DNA of 64,000 nucleotides, taken from NCBI RefSeq assembly GCF_006345805.1, contig NC_042997.1:190588001-190652000 (forward strand), in the 5' to 3' direction. Each line of letters starts with the position of its first letter. Within the stretch, counting starts at the first letter, position 1. Position numbers and translations under genes: made by a program. The notes beneath the pieces are model-generated. The model did no database searches. It had not been told where the DNA came from and worked only from the letters and a program-made list of their open reading frames with translations. Below, piece by piece: positions 49,230 through 60,837 of this stretch. The DNA comes from Octopus sinensis. Lineage: Eukaryota.

Positions 49230-51040
49230 AATGGGACTCTAAAAGATAGCGAAGGATCATCCCTCAGACAAACTGCTTGAAATTTAAAAAAATTAAAACA
49301 TTTCCATGAAAAGAGAGGCGGCTGAAAAATGTAAAGATGAACCCTACAACCTTCTATAGATTCGGAAAAGAATCTGCCTCTGGAAGCTACAAAATAGGGC
49401 CGCTGTTCAAAGAAAATGTTTTACTAACTGCAGACCCTTACAGGATAAGTGAAATACGGAATGTGTAACACAAAATTATTTTCACAGCTCCGTTGGGACA
49501 TTTGTAAGTAGCTGCCTGATGAGATCTTCGGCACCACAACGCTACATAAAGATATGGCAATTAACGATTACATCGACAGGAAACTGATGTCTGCCGCTGA
49601 TGAAATGAGCTGAAACTCAGCCACAGGCTTAGATGGATACCCAGCTAAAGAAATGTAAAGGGGCTCCAGCAAGACCACTGTAGATACTCTTCTAAAGCTT
49701 CCTCGTCATTGGGAGACTTCCTAGAAACTTGATAAAAGGAATAGTATGCCCTCTCCATAAACGCGATGGTAAACTGGATGTTACGACTTATAAACCTGTC
49801 TCTCAGACTTCACGCCATCACGAGGATCTGATTGTTAGGAGGAAACTGATCGCGTTCCCAGAAGAAAAGTGACTTGCTCCTCACACCCAGCATGGCTTCC
49901 GTCCGAGAAGAAGCTGTCTTACGCAGCTTCTGCAGTATTATGACTGGGTGTTGAGATAATTGAATGAATCGTTCGAAGAGTTTTAATAAAGCTGATCATG
50001 GGATAAAGCAAAGACATTTGATAAAGCTGATCATGGGATATGTCACAAGCTACGGAGATTTGGCATCGTCGGAAAACTTGGAGAGTGACTACTTTAAAGG
50101 TAGAAGCAGAGATGTGGGAGCCAATGAGGACCTTTGCAAGCATACAGTAATAGCGAGTGGAGTGGCTTAGGGAAGTGTCTTGGGGGCCGTTGCTCTTTAT
50201 GATGGCACTTTCGGTCATTCCAACCCGTTACACAGGCAACCACACGATACAAAAGTAGCAGGAACAGTCAAGGAACCTTTCGATGTTAATCTTCCACAGA
50301 AAGATATAAATGCCATATAGAAATGGCCTGAACAAAACAACATGTAATTTAATTCAAGAATAGTCCAAACCCTCCGCTATCAGCCGACGTCTGCTAATAC
50401 GCCACAACAAAGATGAATTGGATCAAAAGGAGCGGCAATCCCGGTGTCAAAAACAAGTGCGTGATCTGGGGATTAATATGAGCAGTGACGCCTCATTTCG
50501 TATTATTAACACTAAGATGGTAGCAATGTTCAGGTGGATGGACGTATGTATTCTGAGAACTTTGAGGACAAGGGACAAAGAAATTATACTGGTTCTATGT
50601 AGGACATTTGTACCCAGCCCTCTGAAATACTGATTTCAGTTATGCTCACCACATCAAAATAATAATGCAACTTCGAAGATCGCATCAGTGGAACAGCTGA
50701 GCTACTTGAAGAGTCTGAAAGAATTACAGCTCTATTCCTTGGAACAAAGACGGGAGATATATGCAATCATATACATATGGAAGATCCTAGAGTGGTTAAC
50801 ATAAGACTTTGATATCGAGAGTTATAACAGCCGCCGAACTGCACAGTGCCAAAGGTCCAATCCGTCACTTCTCGACTGAAGACCTGATACTGCAATAGCT
50901 TGGGATTTAAAGTCCCCCCAGCGACTTAATATCTTAACAAAAAGCCTAGGAGATCTACATAGAATGGGGGTAGTTGTTTTCAAGTACAGTAGTATCTGAC
51001 TCCCTCTTTCACCAAAAGCCAATAACAAATGAATAGTTAC
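49230..51040 (+). pseudogene. Decayed CR1-type LINE reverse transcriptase / 3' end
   Basis: SATGLDG, YKPVS.TS, QHGFRPRRSCLTQLLQYYDWV, SKSFNKADHGI and SGVA*GSVLGPLLF. Confidence 0.85.
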
Positions 51041-51050
51041 TGAAAAGGCA

Positions 51051-51090
<40 letters not shown>

Positions 51091-51388
51091 TTAACAGTTG
51101 TCTCACAATCACGAGTTTTTGATATAGTGTATGTGTGTGTGTGCATATGCGTGTGTCTGTGATTGTGTGTCAATGTGTGTGAGTGTGCATGCGCTTGCAT
51201 GTAATTCAGCTCTTGCTACAAGCCATCCTCGTCTGATAACTGCCTCTGGACGTAAAATTTTGAATAATAGCATAAAGTAACCTGACCTAATGTACACAAT
51301 GGAATTACTTCATCAATATGACGAAGATCTTTTCAATTTCTGTCCACTACCGTTTTGTAACAAAAATGGCTCGGAGACACAACCCAAC

Positions 51389-51439
<51 letters not shown>

Positions 51440-51460
51440 AGCATGTATGTATGTGTGCCT

Positions 51461-51491
<31 letters not shown>

Positions 51492-52061
51492 ACCAATGTA
51501 CATATGAACGCATATATATGTGTGTGTGTGTGTACGTATTCGTTTATATGCGTATAGTCATTGCTGCTTTGGAAGAGATCAACCAGTGAAAGAAAAATGT
51601 AGCACTGATTCTCCATTAATTAAACAATTAATGTAGTTGGCCTGTGAAAAGAGCCAATTAAGGGTGGTTGTGGTTGTGCCAAATCAAACCAGCCAAATAG
51701 TAGTAGTAGATTGTCGGCCAGATTAGCGAGACGTACATTAAGACTACAACTGTGAAAATAGATATTTTTTCCCGTTTTCTGGTTACAAACCAATAATTTT
51801 GAAAGTGCCTTGAGTGATCTACACTTGGCATGCAAACGCGTCAAAATATATGTGCGGTTTGTTTCCTTTTTTCCTAAAGGTCTTAAAGTGTTCCATTTTG
51901 CCGCCCACGCGTATAAAAATGCAACAGAAATAGTCGCATTGTTAACAGTGCATGTGTTACGAAGGCCAAATTGTACAATGATCTGCACGAGATTATCCTC
52001 ATTGCTCACATCTAAAAAACTCATTCTTATTCTTATAGGCGTAGGAGTGGCTTGCTTACAA

Positions 52062-52296
52062 GGCGGCGAGCTGGCAGAAACGATAGCAAAACCGCAAAGC
52101 GAAATGCTTAGCGGTATTTCGTCTGCAGTTACGTTCCGAGTTCAAATCCTCCGAGGTTGACTTTGCCTTTCATCCTTTCGGGGTCGATAAATTAAGTACC
52201 AGTTACGCACTGGGGTCGATGTAATCGACTTAATCCCTTTGTCTGTCCTTGTTTGTCCCATCTATGTTTAGTCCCTTGTGGCCAATAAGGAAATAA
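52062..52296 (+). mobile_element. SINE family 3 inserted in the head of a family 1 SINE
   Basis: Family 1 head fragment at 52041-52061 and its continuation at 52297-52685; CTTGCTTAC / CTTTCTTAC duplicated. Confidence 0.85.
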
Positions 52297-52685
52297 GTAG
52301 CTTTCTTACCAACCACATGGTTCCGGGTTCAGTCCCACTGCATGGCACTTTGGGCAAGTGTCTTCTACTATAGCCTCGGGCCGACCAAAGTCTTGTGAGT
52401 GGATTTGGTAGACGGAAATTGAAAAGAAGCCCGTCGTATATTTGTATATATATATGTGTGTGTGTGTGTGTATATTTATGTTTGTGTGTCTGTGTGTTTG
52501 TCCCACCAACATCGCTTGACAACCGATGCTGGTGTGTTTACGTCTCCGTAATTAGCGGTTCGACAAAACAGACCGATAGAATAAGTACTAGGTTGGCAAA
52601 GAATAAGTCCTGGGGTAGATTTGCTCGACTAAAGGCAGTGTTCCAGCATGGCGTCAGTCAAATTACTGAAACAAGTAAAAGAGTA
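52297..52685 (+). mobile_element. SINE family 1 (remainder)
   Basis: Homology. Confidence 0.88.
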
Positions 52686-52973
52686 TACATCCAAGAACTA
52701 AAATCAAAAAGATTTGATCACTAGGCTACGAGAGAATTAAAACACATACATATATATTATCTTCTTCATGTCCCCTCCATCCATACTTTGTTACAAATTC
52801 CAAATATTACAACAAACTGCTCTAGATTGCTACTCACTTCTCACATCTCAGAAATTCATTTTAACTGACATATTTATAACACCCAAGAACTAAAGTCGAA
52901 AACAGAATCATTTGATTGCTAAGCTACAAGACAACCAGGACTCATATGTATTGTCTTCTTTGGGCATCATGGC

Positions 52974-53027
<54 letters not shown>

Positions 53028-53309
53028 TGAGAGAGAGAGAAGAATCAACTGAAGTTCTGATGCAATATTCACGGACCATAAAAGAAGGAACGACAAAGTT
53101 CACCTCGGCGGAATGTAAGCTCAGGAAACAAAGCGCCGAAACAAAATCGTAAGCAGTCTGTCCAACGCTGTAACGTACTGTTTCCCCTCTGGCAAGCCAT
53201 GAAAATCTAGTCTTTCATTAGCGGTTGGTAGTGAATTAAAACGTTCTAGACGAGACGAAGGCATTCTTGAATTATTTTTGTGCATGGTTCTTTATACGTA
53301 ATTTTATTA

Positions 53310-53690
53310 TCTCTCTATATATAAACGGCAGTTTGTCTGTGTGCGTGTCTGTGTGTCTGTTAGGTTGTACCCTCACCCTGACCACGGCTTTCAACCGATT
53401 CTGATGAAACTTGACACACACATAGCCCAATGTCATAATTCAAAACTAACGCAGCGAAAATTTTGAAAAGTTCCCCCAGTTCTGAAAATAATCGATAAAT
53501 TCGACATGGGGTCGAGAATCAGAAACACAAACCACAGAATGTCTAGGGGACGCAACTCGACCTTTTTAACTAAAAAAAAATTACCATCATTTTTTTTCCA
53601 TTTTTTTGCTATTTTTTGGCTATAACTCTCTAAAAATGCTTTATAGTTATTTCCCTTACAAACCCGAGCAACGCCGGGCGATACTGCTAG
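53310..53690 (+). mobile_element. Non-autonomous Helitron
   Basis: A|TCTCTCTATATATAAACG ... CCCGAGCAACGCCGGGCGATACTGCTAG|T. Confidence 0.88.
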
Positions 53691-53699
53691 TACACGCAT

Positions 53700-53930
53700 A
53701 AATAGCGCAGCAAGCGGGTAGAACTGTAAGCGAGTCGGACAAAATGCTCAGTAGCATTTCTTCCTGCTCTTTACGTTCTGGGCTGAATTACTACCGAGGT
53801 CATCTTGGTATTTCATCATTCCGGGGTTGATAAAATAAGTACCATAAGTGAAAGTTGGACACCGGAGGCGTTGTAATCGATTTACTCACTTCCTTAAAAT
53901 TGCTAGCCTTGTGCTAAAGTTTTAAGCCAT
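53700..53930 (+). mobile_element. Old SINE family 3 copy with the native tail
   Basis: Diverged head, central domain and AAATTGCTAGCCTTGTG tail. Confidence 0.65.
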
Positions 53931-54828
53931 ACATGCATAATATATTTTCCAAGATAGGGAAATTTTGGCATCTAATATTAGTACGGGCACCTTACAAACA
54001 AATCAAATCTACATGAAGGAAATGTAGAGATTTAGTCTCAACAAGGTCTCGGTTAAGTCAAGAATTCTTAAACAATTTATTTGGTGGCTCCTAATGGGTT
54101 TAGAACAGCCAAACTTTTCATAGACAGTTTTATTTGTTTAATCTCTTATGAAATATAGCTTTATGAAAGAGAAAAACGTGATTACTAAAGATATATAACA
54201 ATTAATTATGGGTTCCCCTTCGGTTCCTCAAGAGTAAAAAGGCTGGGAAACGCCTCTGTAAAGATGTTGTCAAATTACCATCTAGATATAACCTTTTGTG
54301 GTTCAATAAATTATCGTTTGAGGTAGCGAGCTGGCAGAAACGTTAGCACGGCGGGCGAAATGCGTAGCCGTATTTCGTCTGCCGCACATGTGTTCGTGGT
54401 AAGAATTGCTGTTTCTTGGTGTTAATATTGTTAATAACTGTTGTTTCTTGTTAAACTGTTGAATAACTTAACTGTTGGAGTTTTCAATTGAAAACACTTA
54501 GTGCTTGTGGTAGCACGCGTTGTTCATTCCCCCTTTGGGGGGAAGAATGTCGTCTAGCATGGAGCCTACCGTTGGAGCAGAAATACTTGTTTCTCCTGTT
54601 GAGAGGAGGAAATACATGTCCGGCGAGGAGCCAACTACAGACAAGGAAATAGGGGTTCCCCCGCTACAAGAAGGAATCGCAGAGAGGATAATATATTTGA
54701 TATTTTTGGAGATGTGTCTGAGAGCTCGTCAGAACTTTCACCAGAAGAGTTTCCGACTTTGCCAGAGAACAAAGGCATTGTGTCGAAGAGAATAATTGAT
54801 GTGCCTAGCATCCAGATAGAACCAAAAA

Positions 54829-55701
54829 ATGGAAAAAAAAAGTTTTGCGTTGGCTGCTGGGGGTGGAACCCGGATACTGTCGACGAATAAAAGCGACTTT
54901 ATGAAATACAGCCAAATGATGAAAATAACTGACAACGGTGTGAAAATTGAACCTCCGCAAAAGTTATTACAAGAAGAAAAGCAAAAAACAATAATTTTCA
55001 AAACATATTGTCTACAAAAAAGAAAAATTGAAAGAATGTCAGAAGAGAAAATAGAAAAGTGCTTAAAGCCAATATGGGGCGACGTAGTATATCTGAGAAG
55101 AGGAAAAAAATTCGGAACGGTGGAAGTAAGGTTCACCAATAAAGAAATAGCACACAAGAACTCAGTTGAAACGCTGAAAACGAACGACGTGGAGTTAATC
55201 CCCTATTATATGGGGATGAGGACGTCGCGAATAAAAATTACAAGGGTCCCGCCAGAGGTCGAACCTATGTGGTTGTTGGCGGCAGTCCTAATCAAAGAGG
55301 TAGAAAAAATTACTCTCCTCCAGGCTACCGCTACGGAAAACCCACGCTGGGATGGTCAAACAATTAATCTTCTCATTCAAGCGGACCCTAAAATAATTCA
55401 AGCAATTCCTGAGACAATTGAGGTAGGGGAGGAGAACCTCGTGGTGTTTGTTGAGGGCCGAAAACCTCGATGTTTTTTATGTGGTCAATTAGGCCACATT
55501 CGAAGGAACTGCAAGGAAAATGAAGAAGAGGAGGAAGAGGAGAAAAAAGACAAAGAGGAAGAAGATAAAGAAGAAACAGATGAGAAAAAAACAACAAACA
55601 AAAGAAAAATACAACCAGCAACCCAGCCGAGAGCGGCGACTACTACAGAACAACGACCAAAAAAGACTGCCAGAAGAGAAAAAGAAGAAAAAGGCATATA
55701 G
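54829..55701 (+). CDS. LINE ORF1 (RNA-binding, CCHC knuckle CFLCGQLGHIRRNC); C-terminus continues out of frame to 56072
   Basis: 290 aa ORF, zinc knuckle, acidic/basic tail; homologous to 17704. Confidence 0.8.
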   Translation: MEKKSFALAAGGGTRILSTNKSDFMKYSQMMKITDNGVKIEPPQKLLQEEKQKTIIFKTYCLQKRKIERMSEEKIEKCLKPIWGDVVYLRRGKKFGTVEVRFTNKEIAHKNSVETLKTNDVELIPYYMGMRTSRIKITRVPPEVEPMWLLAAVLIKEVEKITLLQATATENPRWDGQTINLLIQADPKIIQAIPETIEVGEENLVVFVEGRKPRCFLCGQLGHIRRNCKENEEEEEEEKKDKEEEDKEETDEKKTTNKRKIQPATQPRAATTTEQRPKKTARREKEEKGI

Positions 55702-56087
55702 CCGTATACACTAAAGATACTGAGCTCATGAGAGACATTCAACTGATAAAGACTGTAAAAAAAATAGATAACCTTTCAGAGGAATTTATCAATTACGACA
55801 TATATGAAGTCTCAAATAAGACTTATAGAATTCTACAAAATAAGTACAGAAAGACTGTATCTTCATTGAGATTAGAATTTAACAAGTCGATATTTCATGG
55901 ATTACCAGCCCCGATCCCGCGAGAAAAGGAAAAGGTGGAGATTCCCCCTCCACCTGATAATTCTGTGTCGGTGGTGAGACGGGATTTTGACAAATCTATT
56001 TCCCAAGACCGTCCACCTCCGACCCTGGATCAAAAAAAAGGTGGAGGGTCCCCCTCCACCGGACAATCCTAATTAAACAGGTAAGTA

Positions 56088-59000
56088 ATGGCTATTCACA
56101 TTGGTTGTTTAAATGTTCATGGCCTGTTGTCAAGCTGGAAGCAAGGACGCTTTCTAAATGACATCAGGTCGAGAAATTTGGATGTAATTGTTGCAACGGA
56201 AACCCGGGTGAAGGGGCCAAGAGATCTGCTCCCCCTCCTGAATGGCTACGAGAAATACGTTTCTCCGAGTCGGGCGGGAGGTGGGGGTGGGGTGTTGGTC
56301 CTACTAAAAAGAAACCGGGTAGCCAAGAAAAAGTTGGTTTCTTCTGACCCAGAAGGCAGGCTGGTCGTTCTCGACTTGACATTCAGTTGTGGCAAGACAA
56401 TCAGGCTGGTCGCTATTTACGCACCAAACATTATTGGCCCGCAAACTGAATATTTTCGTGGCCTAGGAAAGTTCCTAGCCACGTCGCATTCACTAGTAGT
56501 GTTAGGAGACTCTAATACAATATGTGCAGCACACACAGATTGTGTTGGCTCAAACTCGAACATGAACAGAAAATGTAACCCAGGCTTTCGGGATCTGCTA
56601 AGTCAATTACAGCTAGCAGATCCATATAGGTTGGAGCACCCGAACACTCCACAGTGGACGTGGTCAAATAGTGACGGGTCTACCAGAACATATCTAGATA
56701 GGATTTTAATTAGAGAAAAAGATAAGTCCATAGTTGAGTGTCCACAGTTTTTTCTAGTCAGCTACAGTGACCACAAGATGGTTACCTGTAAACTGACGGT
56801 AGATAAGTTGCATAGACAGGGATCTGGCTACTGGAAACTCAATACGTCCCTTTTGGCGATTGAGGAGTACAGAAAGCGGATCAAGATGTTAATACAGAGG
56901 GCATTAACAGGTACCATCATTAATAACAAATGGTGGTACGCCCTAAAAAGAGCCATCAAATATGAGTCTATTAGGTTTAGCATAAGTTTAGCTAAGAAGG
57001 GACGTAAAATAGGAGATGGTCTAGTTAAGGATCTAGAAGAAGCCTGGAGGACTGGTAATACAGACCAAGCGAGGGTGAAAAGACTGGAGTTAAACCAGCA
57101 TATTGAAGCCCACCACATGGGAAGTATTACCAGAGCTAAGTTACGTGCAATGGGAAGTGAAGGAATCAAAGCCGCTGGATGGGCCCGAGTGGTGGAAGCT
57201 CGGGAAGGAAATAGTTTCTCTATTCGGTCTTTGACGAATCAAAATGGTGTCTTGGTAAACGAACCCGAGAAAATGTGTGAGGTCTTTCGGGAGTACTTCG
57301 CCCAGCTGTTCGGGGGTGACGGCGGTCCTGGTGGTGGGAGAGCCCTCGAGGACTTTCTTACCGGGCTGCCGTGCCTCTCGGGGTCGGATGCGGAGTCTTG
57401 CGAAGGGCCAATCACACCTGAGGAGGTGATGGAGGCTTTGGCCGATTGTAAAGCGGGTAAGTCACCGGGACTTGATGGTCTTCCGTACGAGCTGTATAAA
57501 TGTATGCCAGACTTGTCCGGGCAACTACTGACTGACGTGTACGCGAACTGGAAACAGAATGGGTTTATCCCCAGATCTGTGCGCCGGGGAGTAGTGACGT
57601 TGGTCAGAAAGGACCCGGACAAGGGGGACGTTCTAGAGAATTTCAGGCCCATCACTCTGTTAAACGCAGAAGTGAAGATTTTGGCCAAGGTTCTAGCAAA
57701 AAGGTTGGCGCGTGTCGCGAATGGTACAGTCGGGGAGGCACAGACATGTGCCATCCCAGGCAGAACCATTCAGGATACCCTCCATCTTATTCGCTATACC
57801 ATAGAGAGGATTGGTAATAAATCTGGCAAAGTTGGGGCATTGGTGCATTTGGACCAGTCTAAAGCTTTTGATAGGGTTGACCATCGATACCTAGCGACTG
57901 TACTTGCGCGGTTTGGCCTGGGCCTTGGCTTCCTCAGGTGGTTTATCGCTTTGTACCACAACATTGACTCGATAGTTCGGGTGAACGGTTTCCTTTCGAA
58001 GCCGTTCTGCATCAGACGCTCGGTTCGTCAAGGATGTCCGCTTTCACCACTTTTGTATGTGATGGCTCTCGAGCCATTACTGCAAAGGTTGAGTGGCATC
58101 CCGAGAGAACCAGGACTAGAGGAGTTTGTTACGGCTTTCGCGGATGATATCACTATCAGTGTAACCACAGTGGCACGCCTACGTGAAGTAGGTAAGACTA
58201 TTGAGGCTTACGAGGAGGTAGCAGGAGCAAAGACTAACCGGGAAAAGTCGGTCGGCTTGCAGCTCGGCACCTGGGTTGGCAAGTCGATGCCTTCAGACAG
58301 TGTTGTTAGGTGCTGGACGGAGGGACCGGTTAAGTTGCTGGGAGTCTGGTTTGAACCAGGCCTCCAGATAGAGAAGAACTGGACGGAGGTATTGAGCAGG
58401 GTGGCTGCAGTAGTCAAGACCTGGTCTTGGCGGTGGCTATCCCTGAAAGGGAGGGCGGAGGTGGCCAATGTGTTTATCGCATCGGTCATTACCTACCGCC
58501 TGACCGTCGTGCCCTGTCCGGATTCGTGGTTGATCAGGTTGGAGAGACAGCTCTTTCGCTTTTTGTGGAAGGGCAGGTCGCCACTTGTGAAACGCTCTGT
58601 CTGCTGTCAAAAGCCTTTAAATGGAGGTTTAGGGATGCCTTGGTTAATGATGCGCAGACATGCGTTGAGGTTGAGGCACCTCTGGATTCTCCTGGATAGT
58701 GAACGGGTGTGGTCTCCGCTGGCCAGACAAATGTTCCCTGAGTTCAAGAGTTTTTGCGAACAGGAAGCCTGGTGTTCTCGTAGAACGAGGTCGAGTGACT
58801 GGCATAAAGAGTGCCGTAAGGCCCTCTTGCTATTCCGGCGCTCGGGCAACGCCAGCGGTGGGGGTTCCACACGGATTTTATATAGTGGGTTGGTAGAGTC
58901 TGAATGCGACGATGGCCTGGGGTCGACTCTAGGTCTCGGATTTATTCAACTGGACAGCTTGTTTCATCGTACATTCGGGTTGAGAACGTTGGACAACTTC

Positions 59001-59387
59001 CAAAAGTCCTTAACCTGGCAATGCTACAGAGGTGCCTTGCCCGTTTGGGATAAGCTCGCAAGACATGGTAAACGTCAGTCGCCGACCTGTCCAAGATGCG
59101 GGGGGGACAGGGAAACCGTCCCTCACACTATTGTTCAGTGTCCGGAGATAACTGAAATGTGGGCTTATGCTGAACATCTGTTGTCCGGCGAAGGAAGAGT
59201 ACGGCTGTCGACTGAGTCAATTATAAAAATTGACCCACCGGGAGTTCTAACGAACGAAGGTAAGAATTGTTTTCTCACGGTTGTAGCAATAGCAAAAGAG
59301 GCTGTATGGAAGACTAGGATAAAAGGAATTAAGACAGGCAACTTTATCTCTGGTGACATTTACGATCCTTTTTTTCTTTTCATTTGA
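56088..59387 (+). CDS. LINE ORF2: AP endonuclease, reverse transcriptase and C-terminal zinc finger (L1/Tx1 clade)
   Basis: 1099 aa; CLNVHG, ETR, IYAP, GDSN, LDR, SDH (APE); FRPITLLN, LDQSKAFDRV, RQGCPLSPLLY, FADD (RT); CPRC...H...C. A probable frameshift in the T run near 59375 removes the last ~60 aa (59384-59566). Confidence 0.93.
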   Translation: MAIHIGCLNVHGLLSSWKQGRFLNDIRSRNLDVIVATETRVKGPRDLLPLLNGYEKYVSPSRAGGGGGVLVLLKRNRVAKKKLVSSDPEGRLVVLDLTFSCGKTIRLVAIYAPNIIGPQTEYFRGLGKFLATSHSLVVLGDSNTICAAHTDCVGSNSNMNRKCNPGFRDLLSQLQLADPYRLEHPNTPQWTWSNSDGSTRTYLDRILIREKDKSIVECPQFFLVSYSDHKMVTCKLTVDKLHRQGSGYWKLNTSLLAIEEYRKRIKMLIQRALTGTIINNKWWYALKRAIKYESIRFSISLAKKGRKIGDGLVKDLEEAWRTGNTDQARVKRLELNQHIEAHHMGSITRAKLRAMGSEGIKAAGWARVVEAREGNSFSIRSLTNQNGVLVNEPEKMCEVFREYFAQLFGGDGGPGGGRALEDFLTGLPCLSGSDAESCEGPITPEEVMEALADCKAGKSPGLDGLPYELYKCMPDLSGQLLTDVYANWKQNGFIPRSVRRGVVTLVRKDPDKGDVLENFRPITLLNAEVKILAKVLAKRLARVANGTVGEAQTCAIPGRTIQDTLHLIRYTIERIGNKSGKVGALVHLDQSKAFDRVDHRYLATVLARFGLGLGFLRWFIALYHNIDSIVRVNGFLSKPFCIRRSVRQGCPLSPLLYVMALEPLLQRLSGIPREPGLEEFVTAFADDITISVTTVARLREVGKTIEAYEEVAGAKTNREKSVGLQLGTWVGKSMPSDSVVRCWTEGPVKLLGVWFEPGLQIEKNWTEVLSRVAAVVKTWSWRWLSLKGRAEVANVFIASVITYRLTVVPCPDSWLIRLERQLFRFLWKGRSPLVKRSVCCQKPLNGGLGMPWLMMRRHALRLRHLWILLDSERVWSPLARQMFPEFKSFCEQEAWCSRRTRSSDWHKECRKALLLFRRSGNASGGGSTRILYSGLVESECDDGLGSTLGLGFIQLDSLFHRTFGLRTLDNFQKSLTWQCYRGALPVWDKLARHGKRQSPTCPRCGGDRETVPHTIVQCPEITEMWAYAEHLLSGEGRVRLSTESIIKIDPPGVLTNEGKNCFLTVVAIAKEAVWKTRIKGIKTGNFISGDIYDPFFLFI

Positions 59388-60505
59388 AAAGGAAACTGTG
59401 CCTGGAGAAGAGGTGTCTGTCAGAGTGTACGTTCCAAAAGAGATGGAAGTATGTTGCACGAGTGTTGTGCGTGCAAGGAACCATGTGTATAGACGAGGAA
59501 AAAAAAAGGAAAAATAAAAAGGTATCAGCGGTAGATCGGGGTTTGTGGGATCGGAGCGTAACTTGATCATCGCTTCATTTGTATTATTTTTGTACTGTGT
59601 ATTCCATTCGATTTTTATGTATTATATTTTATTTTTGATGTCACATTTATATAAAATCATATCGATTCACTGATCCCATCAGTTGTACTGTCCATATCTA
59701 TGTTTGGCCCCCGGTGGGCAATAAAGAAATTCGTATTTCGTCTGTCTCTACGTTCTGAGTTCAAATTACGCCGAGGTCGACTTTGCCTTTCATCCTTTCG
59801 GGATCGATAAATTAAATATCTGTTGCGTACTGGGGTCGATCTAATCGACTGGCTCCCTCCCCAAAAATTTCAGGTCTTGTGCCTAGTGTAGAAAAGAATG
59901 AATTATCGTTTGAGGGGTCCTTTAGACAGGCTTTAAAATTACGTTCTACCTTCTTAAAAAACACGGAACTACATATAATATAGTCGTAATGGCCATGTCT
60001 GGAATACTTTCGATCATAAATTTCCCAGAGCAGGATTTTCCTTACCAAGAGTTTCACAGCAATAATAAATCTAATGTATGTAGCAAGTCTGGTCTGGTTC
60101 CAATTCTATTAAGTGCAGCCCATTCGTCGTTAACTGTGTGGTTTGCCGTTACAGTGTAAGAAAATATATTATTATAAAAGTGCTTTACCTACAAACAAAG
60201 AAATAAACTTTCCAATTGAAGACCTGGTGAAATGTGATGATTAAACATTCATAAGCTTCACAAAGTTATTAGTGCCAGTATTATTGAAGTATATCAAAGT
60301 GTTCTAATACTACTTCGAAAACTTTGAAGAATAATCCTTCCAATTATTTATTATTTTGAAAGCAAATCTGATGTGTAGTTACGATGATCGCTTTGCAACC
60401 AGGCGGTCACAAGTTCAAACTTAATGCAGGTCTTTATTATTTTATTTTTTTCATCTATAACCAAAGAACAGCCAATGCCATTTGGTAAAGTATGTAGATT
60501 GAAGT

Positions 60506-60765
60506 GTGGAGGCGCGTGGCTTAGTGGTTAGGGTGTCAGCATCATGATCGTAAGATTGAGGTTTCGATTCCTGGACCGGGCGACGCGTTGTGTTCTTGAG
60601 CAAAACACTTCATTTCCCGTTGCTCCAGTCCACTCAGCTGGCAAAAATGAGTAACGCTGCGATGGACTGGCGTCCCATCCAGCTGGGGAACACATATGCC
60701 ATAGAAACCGGGAAACTGGGCCCATGAGCCTGGCTAGGCTTTAAAAGGGGGCATTTATTTATTTT
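60506..60765 (+). mobile_element. SINE family 2, tail type c
   Basis: tRNA head and central domain; TSD-like GTAGATTGAA at 60494-60503 and 60772-60781. Confidence 0.85.
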
Positions 60766-60837
60766 TTATAAGTAGATTGAAACTACTTAGAAACCCATCA
60801 GATATTTGTGTTGTCTGCACGTATGTGCATATGTGTG

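Larger units (their letters stand above)
54386..59731 (+). mobile_element. Full-length L1/Tx1-clade non-LTR retrotransposon
   Basis: ORF1 plus ORF2; TSD CGTATTTCGTCTG(CCGC/TCTC) at 54369-54385 and 59732-59748; ends GGTGGGCAATAAAGAAATT without poly(A). Confidence 0.93.
54322..59900 (+). mobile_element. SINE family 3 (native tail) split by the LINE insertion
   Basis: Head at 54322-54385; remainder at 59732-59900. Confidence 0.88.
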
